A stretch of DNA of 64,000 bases from contig CAZBAG010000002.1 in the NCBI GenBank assembly GCA_964490365.1, forward strand, positions 6,411 through 70,410. Direction: 5' to 3'. The translations under genes and the position numbers were made by a program. The stretch's first letter is position 1. Each line of letters starts with the position of its first letter. Positions 49,268-58,581 of this stretch are shown one piece after another. Source of the stretch: an uncultured Candidatus Saccharibacteria bacterium. Lineage in GTDB: Bacteria > Patescibacteriota > Minisyncoccia > Phycocordibacterales > CSBR16-119. The notes under the pieces were generated by a model that ran no database searches, was not told the DNA's origin, and saw only the letters and a program-made list of their open reading frames with translations.

Positions 49268-49873
49268 TCAAGCAATAATGCCATTCCTTTTCAGAAGAGC
49301 CACTTTGGCTTCAATATCTGATTTGGACAGGCCACGTTTTTGGAACTCGAGCCTTGCATCATGTTCACTACCGTACCATGTCTCGTGGTAAATATGAAAT
49401 CTCCACGATAACAGTGATATGACGAAGGAAAACAAAGCGCACAGAGTAAAAACCTGTGCTCTTGCGTAGAAACTGGGAAAATGACCATCTTCAGCTGTAT
49501 GAGATATAATGAGCATTCCCAGCAATAATAACAATGCGATGCTGTAAAGCAAGACCAGAATGCTAGGTAATCCGAGCACAGAGAATTTTCCCTTCTTGAT
49601 AATACCAACTCCATGGCCCGTCAACTGAGACGAAGCGTAGTACATCTTGAAAGACACGTAGGCACTAATCACTCCGACAATAAGAGCAAAACCTGGGTCA
49701 CCATCTTTTATCCATGTATACCCTATTGTCGATATCGCAATCACCAGCGCTATTAGAAATGGATGAAAGATGGTGTGCACCACTTTGCTATGTGACGGAA
49801 ACTTCATGAGATGAGAACTCATGAGTTGCTCGTATGTCATCCCTTTGTCTGATTTGTTTTGTTGCTTATTCAT
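49268..49873 (-). CDS. Orphan 4-TM membrane protein in a stand-alone cassette
   Basis: Four hydrophobic segments; promoter TTGACA(49924-19)-17-TATAAG; hairpin at 49226-49249. Confidence 0.7.
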   Translation of the reverse strand: MNKQQNKSDKGMTYEQLMSSHLMKFPSHSKVVHTIFHPFLIALVIAISTIGYTWIKDGDPGFALIVGVISAYVSFKMYYASSQLTGHGVGIIKKGKFSVLGLPSILVLLYSIALLLLLGMLIISHTAEDGHFPSFYARAQVFTLCALFSFVISLLSWRFHIYHETWYGSEHDARLEFQKRGLSKSDIEAKVALLKRNGIIA

Positions 49874-49964
49874 AACTTAATGTTCTTTTAGAAACCTTAT
49901 ATCATATATAAGCGGTTTTGTCAATAATAAAAGACTTCTTTTTGAAGTCTTTTATTATTGATTA

Positions 49965-50555
49965 TTACTCTGGTTTTACTCGACTTATCGTCACGTTTCC
50001 TTTTGTAGCTTGATGATGTTTCTGTTTTTTCTTATTTTGTTTTCGCGGTCGGAATCCAATCAAATATTTTTCTGGATGTTTTGATAAATCCATAAAATCG
50101 TCTGAGGCGTCTATCAGTCTTTGAGATGACGATTGCCCAAATGACGCAACCTCTACTTGAATACCAGAGTGAATTTGTAAATATTCAACAAGTGGAACAA
50201 AGTCTCCGTCTCCAGAAACAATAATCACGGCGTCTAGTTTTGGCGCCATGGTAATAGCATCAACAGCAAGACCGACATCCCAGTCACCCTTTTTAGATCC
50301 TCCAAAAAATACTTGTAGATCTTTTGTTTTTGTTTCAATACCATTCTTGTGAAGAGCTTCAAAGAAACCTTGTTCGTCTCCCGCTTCAGACGTAATCACA
50401 TACGCAATCGAGCGAATGAGTTTTCTACCCGCAAGAGCGTCTTTCACAATTTCTGCAAAGTTCACTTTGTGACCAAACAAATTTTTTGCTGAATGGTATA
50501 AATTTTGTGTGTCGATAAAAATTCCGACACGTTGTTCTGTATGTTTTATTATCAT
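49965..50555 (-). CDS. NYN domain (LabA/DUF88) protein
   Basis: IFIDTQNL, KGDWDVGLAVD and VSGDGDFVPLV. Confidence 0.92.
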   Translation of the reverse strand: MIIKHTEQRVGIFIDTQNLYHSAKNLFGHKVNFAEIVKDALAGRKLIRSIAYVITSEAGDEQGFFEALHKNGIETKTKDLQVFFGGSKKGDWDVGLAVDAITMAPKLDAVIIVSGDGDFVPLVEYLQIHSGIQVEVASFGQSSSQRLIDASDDFMDLSKHPEKYLIGFRPRKQNKKKQKHHQATKGNVTISRVKPE

Positions 50556-50562
50556 ATTTAAA

Positions 50563-50749
50563 AATTAAATCTTCCGACCCTGCACGAGAGCACCGTAAAA
50601 AATAATATTGTTTTGCCTTAGAAATGAGTACTGTCTGAGCAAGCCTCATGGCTTGCGAGTTTAGTCATTTCTTGGCTTAAAACATATTATTTTTAGGTGT
50701 GAAGTGCGGGTCTAGATTTTTATTACTTTTTTGTCATGAAAAAAGTAAG
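50563..50749 (-). repeat. ~190 bp structured intergenic repeat, copy B, in the leader of the NYN gene
   Basis: Reverse-complement homolog of 17091-17281. Confidence 0.85.
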
Positions 50750-50849
50750 CAAACATCTTTTATAAAAATCACAAGAGTATGAAACTCTCACGTATATATA
50801 GTAACACCTAAAAACAAAAACCCCTTTCGAGAAGGGATTTTTGTTTTGA

Positions 50850-51113
50850 TTAACTGATTTTTAGATCAGCGACAATCTTATCGTAGGCAACTTTATCTGT
50901 TCTTTCAAGATATTTGAGGTGCTTTCGTCTCTTTGAAACCATTTTGATAAGTCCTCGTCGTGAGTGATTATCTTTTTTGTGAGTCTTCAAGTGAGAAGAA
51001 AGTTCCTTAATCGCTTCAGACAGCAAGGCAATTTGAACATGTGAAGACCCTGTGTCTTTGTCGTTCAAAGCTGCTTTTTTGATTATCTTACTTTTTTTCG
51101 CTGTTTTTAACAT
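50850..51113 (-). CDS. rpsO: 30S ribosomal protein S15
   Basis: DTGSSHVQIALL..HKKDNHSRRGLIKMVSKRRKHLKYL; ATG at 51113. Confidence 0.97.
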   Translation of the reverse strand: MLKTAKKSKIIKKAALNDKDTGSSHVQIALLSEAIKELSSHLKTHKKDNHSRRGLIKMVSKRRKHLKYLERTDKVAYDKIVADLKIS

Positions 51114-51325
51114 GGGCCTGATATTACTATATAAATTTCTATTTCGCAAGAGTCTCACCCTTCGTTTGACCTAAGGCCACCCATACGGCAAGAGTATTTT
51201 AAAAATCCCTTTATGAAAATATATTCTTACGAAACTGCATACATAATAGCATAAAATATACTTGTTTGTCAATAGCTCATCTTTATGTGTTTTATTTTCC
51301 GACACATACGATACAATAGAAGATA

Positions 51326-52252
51326 ATGAATACAAGCTCAGCAAAAACACAATTTCTTGAATACCTAGAAATCGAAAAAGGTCTTAGTTTAAAAACGGTT
51401 GAAAATTACGACCGATACTTAACTCGTTTTTTTGAATTTGCAAATGTAAAAGATGTTTCAAAAATTACCGAAGACAAGCTCAGAGAATTTAGAATCCACC
51501 TAAACCGACAACTCGGTGTAAAAGTAAAGGGCCAATCTCAGGCAAACCTGAAAAAAAATACCCAGAACTACCATCTCATAGCTCTTCGAACTTTTTTAAA
51601 ATACATGATGAAACGTGGTGTCACCACAATGACTCCGGACAAAATAGAGTTGGCAAAGATTTCACAGCGTAGCCTTGATCTTATTTCAGGAAACGAACTC
51701 GAAAGACTTTTAAACGCCCCAGAGGGTGACTCCCCTTCTGCTTTTCGTGACAGAGCCGTACTTGAACTTTTTTTCTCAACAGGACTCCGAGTATCCGAGC
51801 TCGCAAGTCTTAATAAAGACCTAGATCTTTCAAAGGATGAATTTTCTATTCGAGGAAAAGGAGAAAAAGTTCGTGTTGTATTTCTTTCTGAATCTGCAAA
51901 AGACGCTGTTCGTAAATATTTAAAGTCACGGAAAGATTTTGATGAAGCAATGTTTGTACAATTTAGTAACAACAAAAGCGAAAAGAAAAATATGCGCCTT
52001 ACTCCTCGTTCAATTGAACGTCTTGTTAAAAAATATGCGATTAAAGCTGGTATCTCAAAAAAGGTAACTCCTCACGTTATTCGCCACTCATTTGCCACAG
52101 ACCTCCTTCAAAACGGCGCCGATATTCGCAGTGTACAAATGATGCTTGGCCACGCGAACATTGCAACAACACAAATCTATACCCATGTCACTGATAGCCA
52201 ACTAAAAGATATTCATAAGAAATTTCATAGTAGGAAAAAATCTGATCTATAA
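51326..52252 (+). CDS. XerC/XerD-like tyrosine recombinase
   Basis: STGLRVSEL, GKGEK, TPHVIRHSFAT and LGHANIATTQIYTH. Confidence 0.92.
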   Translation: MNTSSAKTQFLEYLEIEKGLSLKTVENYDRYLTRFFEFANVKDVSKITEDKLREFRIHLNRQLGVKVKGQSQANLKKNTQNYHLIALRTFLKYMMKRGVTTMTPDKIELAKISQRSLDLISGNELERLLNAPEGDSPSAFRDRAVLELFFSTGLRVSELASLNKDLDLSKDEFSIRGKGEKVRVVFLSESAKDAVRKYLKSRKDFDEAMFVQFSNNKSEKKNMRLTPRSIERLVKKYAIKAGISKKVTPHVIRHSFATDLLQNGADIRSVQMMLGHANIATTQIYTHVTDSQLKDIHKKFHSRKKSDL

Positions 52253-52296
52253 AAAGTGAAAACCTCTTGCGAGATTTTCACAAGAGGCTGTATGGT

Positions 52297-52440
52297 CTAC
52301 GTAGAAATGTGGGAGGGGTTGTCGGAGCCGACTCCGCACCTGCTGATGATGAAGAGAGACCCTGAGAAAAGTATGGCGAAAAGCAGTACCGCATCCATGG
52401 CAGAGAAGGGTTTAGTGAGTAAAAAACAATCTTTGCTCAT
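52297..52440 (-). CDS. Possible small single-TM peptide
   Basis: MSKDCFLLTKPFSAMDAVLLFAILFSGSLFIISRC...; followed by the hairpin CCTCTTG/CAAGAGG. Confidence 0.35.
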   Translation of the reverse strand: MSKDCFLLTKPFSAMDAVLLFAILFSGSLFIISRCGVGSDNPSHIST

Positions 52441-52495
52441 CTTATACACTTTTGTATAAAAAATCCAGAGGACAACATGATAAACTATTCCTAAC

Positions 52496-53143
52496 ATGTC
52501 GTACGAGGAAAATAAAAAATATTTTGAACTCGCCTATCGAACTGGTTCTGATATTTGGACGCATAAAAATTACCGTTCAAAAGTATTTGAATATATTTCA
52601 TATATTCCTAAGGGTGGCACAGTATTGGACCTTGGTAGTGGTCGCGGGGTTTGGCCTTTTCTTTTTGTTGATGCAGGATTTAAAGTAATTGGTATTGATT
52701 ATATTCAAAGCATTATTGATGCAAATAACCAAGAAGTATATTTTCGAAAAATAGAAGACCGTATTCGATTTCTTGCTGCCGACATATTTGATATGCCGTT
52801 TGCTGAAAATGCATTTGATGTGATTACCGACTTTGGACTCGTGCAACATCTTCACTCAGAAGATTTTAAAAAGTATCGAGAAGCGCTCCATAAAGTATTG
52901 AAACCTGGTGGACATATATTAAATGTATCGTTTTCTAAAAACACAGAACAGTTTCTGTCGTTTCACCCTAAAGAATCAGGGGTAAGTAACTACGAGGCTG
53001 AGGGACTACCTTACTATTTCTTTGGTGATGATGAAATTATAGATCTTTATGGAGACAACATGAATGTTATCAACCAGGAACATATTATTATCCCTGAACA
53101 CCACAACGAAGTATTTGTCATTACGCTTCTTCAAAAAAACTAA
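52496..53143 (+). CDS. Class I SAM-dependent methyltransferase
   Basis: VLDLGSGRG, VIGID, FDVITD and LKPGG. Confidence 0.9.
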   Translation: MSYEENKKYFELAYRTGSDIWTHKNYRSKVFEYISYIPKGGTVLDLGSGRGVWPFLFVDAGFKVIGIDYIQSIIDANNQEVYFRKIEDRIRFLAADIFDMPFAENAFDVITDFGLVQHLHSEDFKKYREALHKVLKPGGHILNVSFSKNTEQFLSFHPKESGVSNYEAEGLPYYFFGDDEIIDLYGDNMNVINQEHIIIPEHHNEVFVITLLQKN

Positions 53144-53146
53144 AGA

Positions 53147-53172
53147 AAAAGCCCCGCATAACGGGGCTTTTC
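53147..53172. terminator. Bidirectional terminator
   Basis: AAAAGCCCCG-CATAA-CGGGGCTTTT. Confidence 0.8.
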
Positions 53173-53191
53173 AGTATGGCGATCTTCCCGC

Positions 53192-53290
53192 TCAACAAAA
53201 TCCAGTACACGCGAGCAAAAAGATTATCAGAACAAGACCTAGTGAGTATGTCCCACCCTCACTTTCCACCCAATTTCGAAATTGTTCCAT
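53192..53290 (-). CDS. Putative 32-aa hydrophobic microprotein
   Basis: MEQFRNWVESEGGTYSLGLVLIIFLLACTGFC, inside a promoter-terminator unit. Confidence 0.4.
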   Translation of the reverse strand: MEQFRNWVESEGGTYSLGLVLIIFLLACTGFC

Positions 53291-53303
53291 GCTCTATTTT
53301 ATC

Positions 53304-53411
53304 TTAGAGTTTTTCCAATATCATTCTCAGCATGGTGAGGGCTGGAAGGATCGACATAAGGCCGATCGTGAGAAAGCGCGACTTTACTTCCTGACATGTC
53401 GTATGTTTCAT
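53304..53411 (-). CDS. Putative 35-aa microprotein
   Basis: MKHTTCQEVKSRFLTIGLMSILPALTMLRMILEKL; promoter TTGACA(53464-59)-17-TATAAA. Confidence 0.4.
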   Translation of the reverse strand: MKHTTCQEVKSRFLTIGLMSILPALTMLRMILEKL

Positions 53412-53510
53412 GGTACGAGTGTTTGGTTCTCTATATTTATATCATATTTATACTATTTTGTCAAGTATCTCTCCGTATCTCTTTTTCAAAGGCTACGATA
53501 TAATCACACT

Positions 53511-54275
53511 ATGCGAATTATCTCATGGAACATAAATGGTATTAGGGCGGGTGTAAAAAAGGGTGCATTTGCTGAAGCTTTTAAGCTAAAGCCAGACATT
53601 CTCTGTCTTCAAGAAACAAAAGCGGAAATTTCACAGCTCACCAAAGAAATCCTAGAGCCAAAAGGATACGTCTCATTTTTCTCGAGCTCAAAAATAAAAA
53701 AGGGTTACAGTGGAGTAGCTATCTATACAAAACAAAAACCAGAAAAGGTTACCTATGGTATTGGTATGCCAGGTGATGACGATGAAGGACGAACCGTTGT
53801 GGCGTACTTTAAAGATTTTGTATTAATTAATTGCTACTTCCCTAACGGTGGAGGTGGTCCAGTACGTTTAGCGTATAAATTAGAATTCTATGATGCATTT
53901 TTAACATTCATCAATAAGCTAAAAAAATCTGGTAAACAAATAATCTTCACAGGAGATGTAAACACTGCACACACAGAAATCGATCTTGCTCGCCCAAAAG
54001 AAAATGAAAAAAATACAGGATTCTTACCCGAAGAACGCGCATGGATCGATGAAGTGATTAGCGATGGATATGCTGATGTCTTTCGAAATTTCTATCCAAA
54101 CAAAAAAGATGTCTATACATACTGGGACCAAAAAACTCGAGCGCGAGAACGAAACGTTGGCTGGCGTATCGACTACTTCTTTGCTTCCCCAAAAATACTT
54201 TCAAAAATACAAAACTTTAAAACACACGCAAACTTTATTGGCTCAGATCACTGCCCGATTGAAATTAACTTGTAG
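53511..54275 (+). CDS. xth: Exodeoxyribonuclease III
   Basis: MRIISWNINGIRA, LCLQETK, GDVNTAH, GWRIDYF and SDHCPI. Confidence 0.96.
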   Translation: MRIISWNINGIRAGVKKGAFAEAFKLKPDILCLQETKAEISQLTKEILEPKGYVSFFSSSKIKKGYSGVAIYTKQKPEKVTYGIGMPGDDDEGRTVVAYFKDFVLINCYFPNGGGGPVRLAYKLEFYDAFLTFINKLKKSGKQIIFTGDVNTAHTEIDLARPKENEKNTGFLPEERAWIDEVISDGYADVFRNFYPNKKDVYTYWDQKTRARERNVGWRIDYFFASPKILSKIQNFKTHANFIGSDHCPIEINL

Positions 54276-54287
54276 TACACTATATCT

Positions 54288-54686
54288 ATGAAGAATAAAA
54301 ATCATAAATCAGAAAAACAAATTTTTAGTATTGTAAAAAGAGTACAGAGTTTTGAAAACGCTTTTTATGGTTTAAAAGTTTTTCTCACAACAACACACAA
54401 CTCTTGGATACAAATTAGTGTTGGACTGATCACTGTTTGGCTTGGATTTGTATTCGATATTTCACAGACTGAGTGGTTATTTGTAGTTCTCTCAATCGGT
54501 TTTGTATTGGCAGCAGAAGCATTCAACACCGCCCTTGAATTTGATATTGATCTTACCTCTCCGGAATATCACCAATTTGCAAAGTACACAAAAGACGTCG
54601 CTGCTGGCGCAGTACTTATTGCTTCTATTACAGCTTCAGTTGTAGGACTTATAATTTTCCTACCTAAATTCTTGATGGTGTTGTAG
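54288..54686 (+). CDS. dgkA: Diacylglycerol/undecaprenol kinase family protein
   Basis: SFENAFYGL; EAFNTALE..KDVAAGAVL; three TM segments. Confidence 0.88.
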   Translation: MKNKNHKSEKQIFSIVKRVQSFENAFYGLKVFLTTTHNSWIQISVGLITVWLGFVFDISQTEWLFVVLSIGFVLAAEAFNTALEFDIDLTSPEYHQFAKYTKDVAAGAVLIASITASVVGLIIFLPKFLMVL

Positions 54687-54770
54687 TTGGGTATACTTGA
54701 CAATATGGTATATTTATGTTATATTTAATCTTGAGAAACGCTTGTTCAATTAACAAAACCGTCTGTAGAG

Positions 54771-55175
54771 ATGAATAGCAACACCCTCCTAATGTCTCAG
54801 ACCGATCTCGTTAAAAAGATCGGTAAAGTGATCGCTGGAATGCAAATCCACAAAAACGAGAAGTCTACTGTGGAGAATCTCCGTGTTCTGCTGGGACAGA
54901 AGATCATTAGCCGAATGACAAAAAGCGAATATCTCCGGAATAAATTCGCCGAAATGTTCGTCGGGGAAGATGCAGACACGAACGAGTTCGCTGCCAAGTG
55001 CTTGGCCATTGCTTTCGACAACTACTTCAGCGAAAGGGTCAGAGATGCGGCAATGGGCCAACTCATGAATGCGCTCTGTCTGAGTAAGTTTGGATACTCT
55101 TTCGAGATCCAAACGATCGTAAGGAAGATGGCACCATTCGAATGGGAAGCCCCCGAAGGTATGGCCGCCGCATAG
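54771..55175 (+). CDS. Orphan protein in a stand-alone cassette
   Basis: Promoter TTGACA(54697)-17-TATATT; terminator at 55195-55228. Confidence 0.65.
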   Translation: MNSNTLLMSQTDLVKKIGKVIAGMQIHKNEKSTVENLRVLLGQKIISRMTKSEYLRNKFAEMFVGEDADTNEFAAKCLAIAFDNYFSERVRDAAMGQLMNALCLSKFGYSFEIQTIVRKMAPFEWEAPEGMAAA

Positions 55176-55294
55176 TTATATACAGATCATGACCGAAGCC
55201 CGCCCCATCGGCGGGCTTCTTTCTTTTTATAATTGACAAAAATAACTTACTCAGTACTATCTATGTAAACATACATGTACTAATACAACAGAAA

Positions 55295-56266
55295 ATGGTA
55301 CGGATTGGAGTATTTTACGATGGTTTTCATTACGGCAAGATCAACAAGTACTACAAGTACGAACACTCTTGGAAAAGCCCTTTATCTTTCGAGGGTCTTC
55401 ATATGTATATCGAAAAACAAGTTTCTAGATGGGAAAGAAAAAACCCCTTAACTTGCAAAGTTGTTTCTGCTCACTATTTCAGAGGCAGACTCAGAACACA
55501 AGAGATCAAAGAAGATGCGTTGGATAGGCTGACCAAAGAGAGGGGGTTTGATGAAACTTTACAGTATCACAATATCACTACTCACTACCTCCCTCTTCGA
55601 GAAGACTCGAACGGCACCAAAAGAGAAAAAGGTATCGACAGCCTTATGGCAATTGAAGTACTCGATCAAGCGGTAATTAGGAAAGAACTCGATATTGTAG
55701 TTCTTATCACTGGTGATGTAGATCATGTAGGAGTTGTTCGAAAACTTCATAAGTATGGAGTGCCAACACTCCTTCTTGCATGGAATTTGGAATACAAACA
55801 TAGCGAAACCGGTGAGACCGAGTCAACGTGGACAAGTAAAGAACTTCAGGCGGAAGTCATGTCTTACTTTCCAATGGGCAAGATCATTGAACGTGGCATT
55901 GAGCAAAAAGACCCTCTCATTCTAAATATTTTTCGTAACGAGAAACCGATTCAACCAGAGGAGCGATCTGATACCGAAGAAAAAGTCGACGAAGTACCTC
56001 CAGAACTCTACGGAGCAGGTCAAATCTTTGACCCGAACATGCGACACTCAAGTACCATCTCTCGTGTCTTTACACAGCATGGGTACGGATTCATTCATTA
56101 TGAATATGGTGGCTTGTATTTTCATAGAAGCGATGTCGCGGGAGAAGTTCCATTTGAACAACTAAAGAATGGTGGTGGACTTACGTTTAAGATCATTCTG
56201 AACACGAAGATGCAGAGACAAGCTGTGGAGGTCTCTGTTGACGATACTGAACCCAAAAAAGAATAA
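55295..56266 (+). CDS. NYN domain plus C-terminal cold-shock domain protein (Bacteroidota-type architecture)
   Basis: IGVFYDG, AHYFRGR, THYLPLR, EKGIDS and LITGDVD; CSD-like GYGFI..LYFHRSDV; promoter TTGACA(55233)-16-TACTAT. Confidence 0.85.
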   Translation: MVRIGVFYDGFHYGKINKYYKYEHSWKSPLSFEGLHMYIEKQVSRWERKNPLTCKVVSAHYFRGRLRTQEIKEDALDRLTKERGFDETLQYHNITTHYLPLREDSNGTKREKGIDSLMAIEVLDQAVIRKELDIVVLITGDVDHVGVVRKLHKYGVPTLLLAWNLEYKHSETGETESTWTSKELQAEVMSYFPMGKIIERGIEQKDPLILNIFRNEKPIQPEERSDTEEKVDEVPPELYGAGQIFDPNMRHSSTISRVFTQHGYGFIHYEYGGLYFHRSDVAGEVPFEQLKNGGGLTFKIILNTKMQRQAVEVSVDDTEPKKE

Positions 56267-56394
56267 CGACCTGAGGGTTTCGCTTTCGCGAAGCCCTTTT
56301 TCTTTTTAACACGCCGATTAATATTTATAGACAAAAATATATTTTTCAGTATTATAAAAACGAACCAGCTCTTTGAGCACAAACCAAACCAAAC

Positions 56395-56913
56395 ATGCAA
56401 TTAAGGAAAAGGAATGGATTTCGTCGAAGAAATTACTCGAAACTCGTCCAGCCCCTCGAACAAAAAGAAGTGCCTCGAGTGGTAGTATGGAAAATGTCTT
56501 GGACACCCTCAACTGAAAAGGAGCGTGTCGACACTAGGGCCCTCCATTCACTTCGTGACAGATTACTAAGGATACGAGCAAGTCACTACGAGAAAAGACT
56601 CACCTTTTTGCTCCTTCTGGCATTCTTCAAGGAATTCCCCCTCGAAGAACTCGGGGAACGAACAATGAAAGAGATCGCTTTATCGATCTCACGAGGCTCG
56701 ATGAGTCTTGATGAGTCTTTGTCCATGCTTGAAATGTACGAGATAGCAACAGAAACCCTATCAAGGGCTGAAGTACTATGCGAGAAGCTCCAGCATGTTG
56801 GATTTCCTACAACAAAGGAAGGATTACAAAAAGCAAGCAGGCTTCACCTTGCCATCAAACATTGGACGAGGAGCCTGCAACAAGAAAGAAGGATTCACAA
56901 CATTGCTGCCTAA
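56395..56913 (+). CDS. Orphan basic protein in a stand-alone cassette
   Basis: Promoter TAGACA(56328)-16-TATTAT; leader ACAAACCAAACCAAAC; terminator at 56930-56965. Confidence 0.6.
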   Translation: MQLRKRNGFRRRNYSKLVQPLEQKEVPRVVVWKMSWTPSTEKERVDTRALHSLRDRLLRIRASHYEKRLTFLLLLAFFKEFPLEELGERTMKEIALSISRGSMSLDESLSMLEMYEIATETLSRAEVLCEKLQHVGFPTTKEGLQKASRLHLAIKHWTRSLQQERRIHNIAA

Positions 56914-56964
56914 GGCAGCACAGGTGCTAAAATGCCCGACCTCACAGGTCGGGCATTTTCTTTT

Positions 56965-58434
56965 TTATTTCACATTATATTCTTTGCGGATTTTTTTTAC
57001 TTCAGCATCTTCAGCATCATCTTTTGCATCCTTCCCTGCTTCACCTAATGCCTGTAATCTTTCTTTCGGTAATGCAAAAAGTTCTTTTGATTTTTCTTCT
57101 AAATATTCTTTTGTATTTTTCATTGGATCATCTAACACCTCTTCAAGAAGTGTGTGGAGCACCCATCCCATTTCCCTTCCCGGCTTATACCCCATCTCCA
57201 CAAATCTATCTCCACTAATATTTAGCATGGCTACCGACACAGGATCTCGCATCACCTCTTCAATCATCGATTCATATTTACGAAGTCTATATGGCTCTTC
57301 TTTTGGCCTACCCATACCAATACGATCACAAATTCGCAGATTAACTAAATCCCACACATTCTCCTTCCCTACTTTTGCAACAAGTCTTCGTACTGCTGAG
57401 TGTGTGATCGTATCTGGATCAGCAAAAAACATATGGTGTCTGACAAGTTTTGTTACTGTTTCAGTAAGATCATTTGAAAGTCGCAGCCTTTCACAAATCT
57501 TTTTTGTTATTTTTGCACCAACAACTTCGTGTCCATAAAACGTATAGTCGTTTTTTTCTTTTGACCATTCGCGAGTTGCCGGTTTACCGATATCATGAAG
57601 TAATCCAGAAAGACGAATATGAAGTGGCCATTCTTTATCTGCTGCGTGTTGCATGGTGCGAAGATTGTGTTCCCAGACATCGTAGACATGGCTTCCATTT
57701 TGTTCTACACCAATTCCTATTTCAAGTTCTGGAATAATATATTTTAAAATCCCAAGCTTTTCAGAAAGAATAATTCCTGTCATTGGTTCTGAAGACATAA
57801 GCATTTTTAAAAACTCATCACGAATACGCTCAGCAGAAATATTTCCAAGTAAATCGGCATGGTCCACAATCGCGACCATCGTTTCATGAGAAATCGCAAA
57901 ACCATGTTGTGAAGCAAAACGCACTGCTCGCAAAATACGCAAAGCATCTTCTTTAATGCGCTCGGTTGGATTCCCTACCGCAATAATCATCTTGTCGTAA
58001 ATTGCCTGAACACCGTCATACAAATCGATCATCTCTTGCTTCGAGACAGAGTATGCAATGGCGTTCATAGTAAAATCTCTTCTTTTTAAATCATCTTCTA
58101 GGCGCTGACTAAAAGAAACGCTGTCTGGATGCCTGTTGTTTGAATAACTACCTTCAACTCGATATGGGGTCACTTCTACAACTTTAAGTTTTTCATCTTC
58201 AGCGTTTTCGTTTTTAACTCCAACCGTTCCAAAACTGTTTTCATAAAAAGATTCTGGAAAAAGTGATTGAATTTGTTCGGGAGTAGCATTTGTGGTTACA
58301 TCCCAATCTTGGGGAGTCTTCCCTGTTAAAAGATCTCGGACACACCCTCCGACAATAAAAGCTTCAAAGTTATGACTTTCTAGCTTTTCTGTGATTATTT
58401 TTATTTCTTTGGGAACATCAAAGATTTGCTTCAT
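56965..58434 (-). CDS. cca: CCA tRNA nucleotidyltransferase with HD domain
   Basis: VGGCVRD..DWD, DLKRRDFTMNA, EDALRILRA and LLHDIGKP. Confidence 0.93.
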   Translation of the reverse strand: MKQIFDVPKEIKIITEKLESHNFEAFIVGGCVRDLLTGKTPQDWDVTTNATPEQIQSLFPESFYENSFGTVGVKNENAEDEKLKVVEVTPYRVEGSYSNNRHPDSVSFSQRLEDDLKRRDFTMNAIAYSVSKQEMIDLYDGVQAIYDKMIIAVGNPTERIKEDALRILRAVRFASQHGFAISHETMVAIVDHADLLGNISAERIRDEFLKMLMSSEPMTGIILSEKLGILKYIIPELEIGIGVEQNGSHVYDVWEHNLRTMQHAADKEWPLHIRLSGLLHDIGKPATREWSKEKNDYTFYGHEVVGAKITKKICERLRLSNDLTETVTKLVRHHMFFADPDTITHSAVRRLVAKVGKENVWDLVNLRICDRIGMGRPKEEPYRLRKYESMIEEVMRDPVSVAMLNISGDRFVEMGYKPGREMGWVLHTLLEEVLDDPMKNTKEYLEEKSKELFALPKERLQALGEAGKDAKDDAEDAEVKKIRKEYNVK

Positions 58435-58509
58435 GATACACATTTTATAGCAATTCCCTCCTTTGTGCTATTTGTAAAATGGTAAAATCGTGTATAATGA
58501 CACAATCCT

Positions 58510-58581
58510 GCACCCGTGGTGAAATGGATATCACAACGGTCTTCGGAACCGTTATTCCAGGTTCGAGTCCTGGCGGGTGCA
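58510..58581 (+). tRNA. tRNA-Arg(TCG)
   Basis: Full cloverleaf; anticodon arm ACGGT-CTTCGGA-ACCGT. Confidence 0.93.

Noticed and set aside
51326-52252. Prophage or integron integrase
   Set aside because: It is Xer-sized, in a housekeeping context, with no IntI-specific insertion, attC array or phage genes recognised.
53064-53510. 149-aa N-terminal extension of xth in the ORF track
   Set aside because: It spans a terminator and an opposite-strand unit; ExoIII homology begins at ATG 53511.
56795-57538. 247-aa plus-strand ORF and similar antisense ORFs across the window
   Set aside because: They overlap well-supported genes on the opposite strand (here cca) and show no recognisable motifs.
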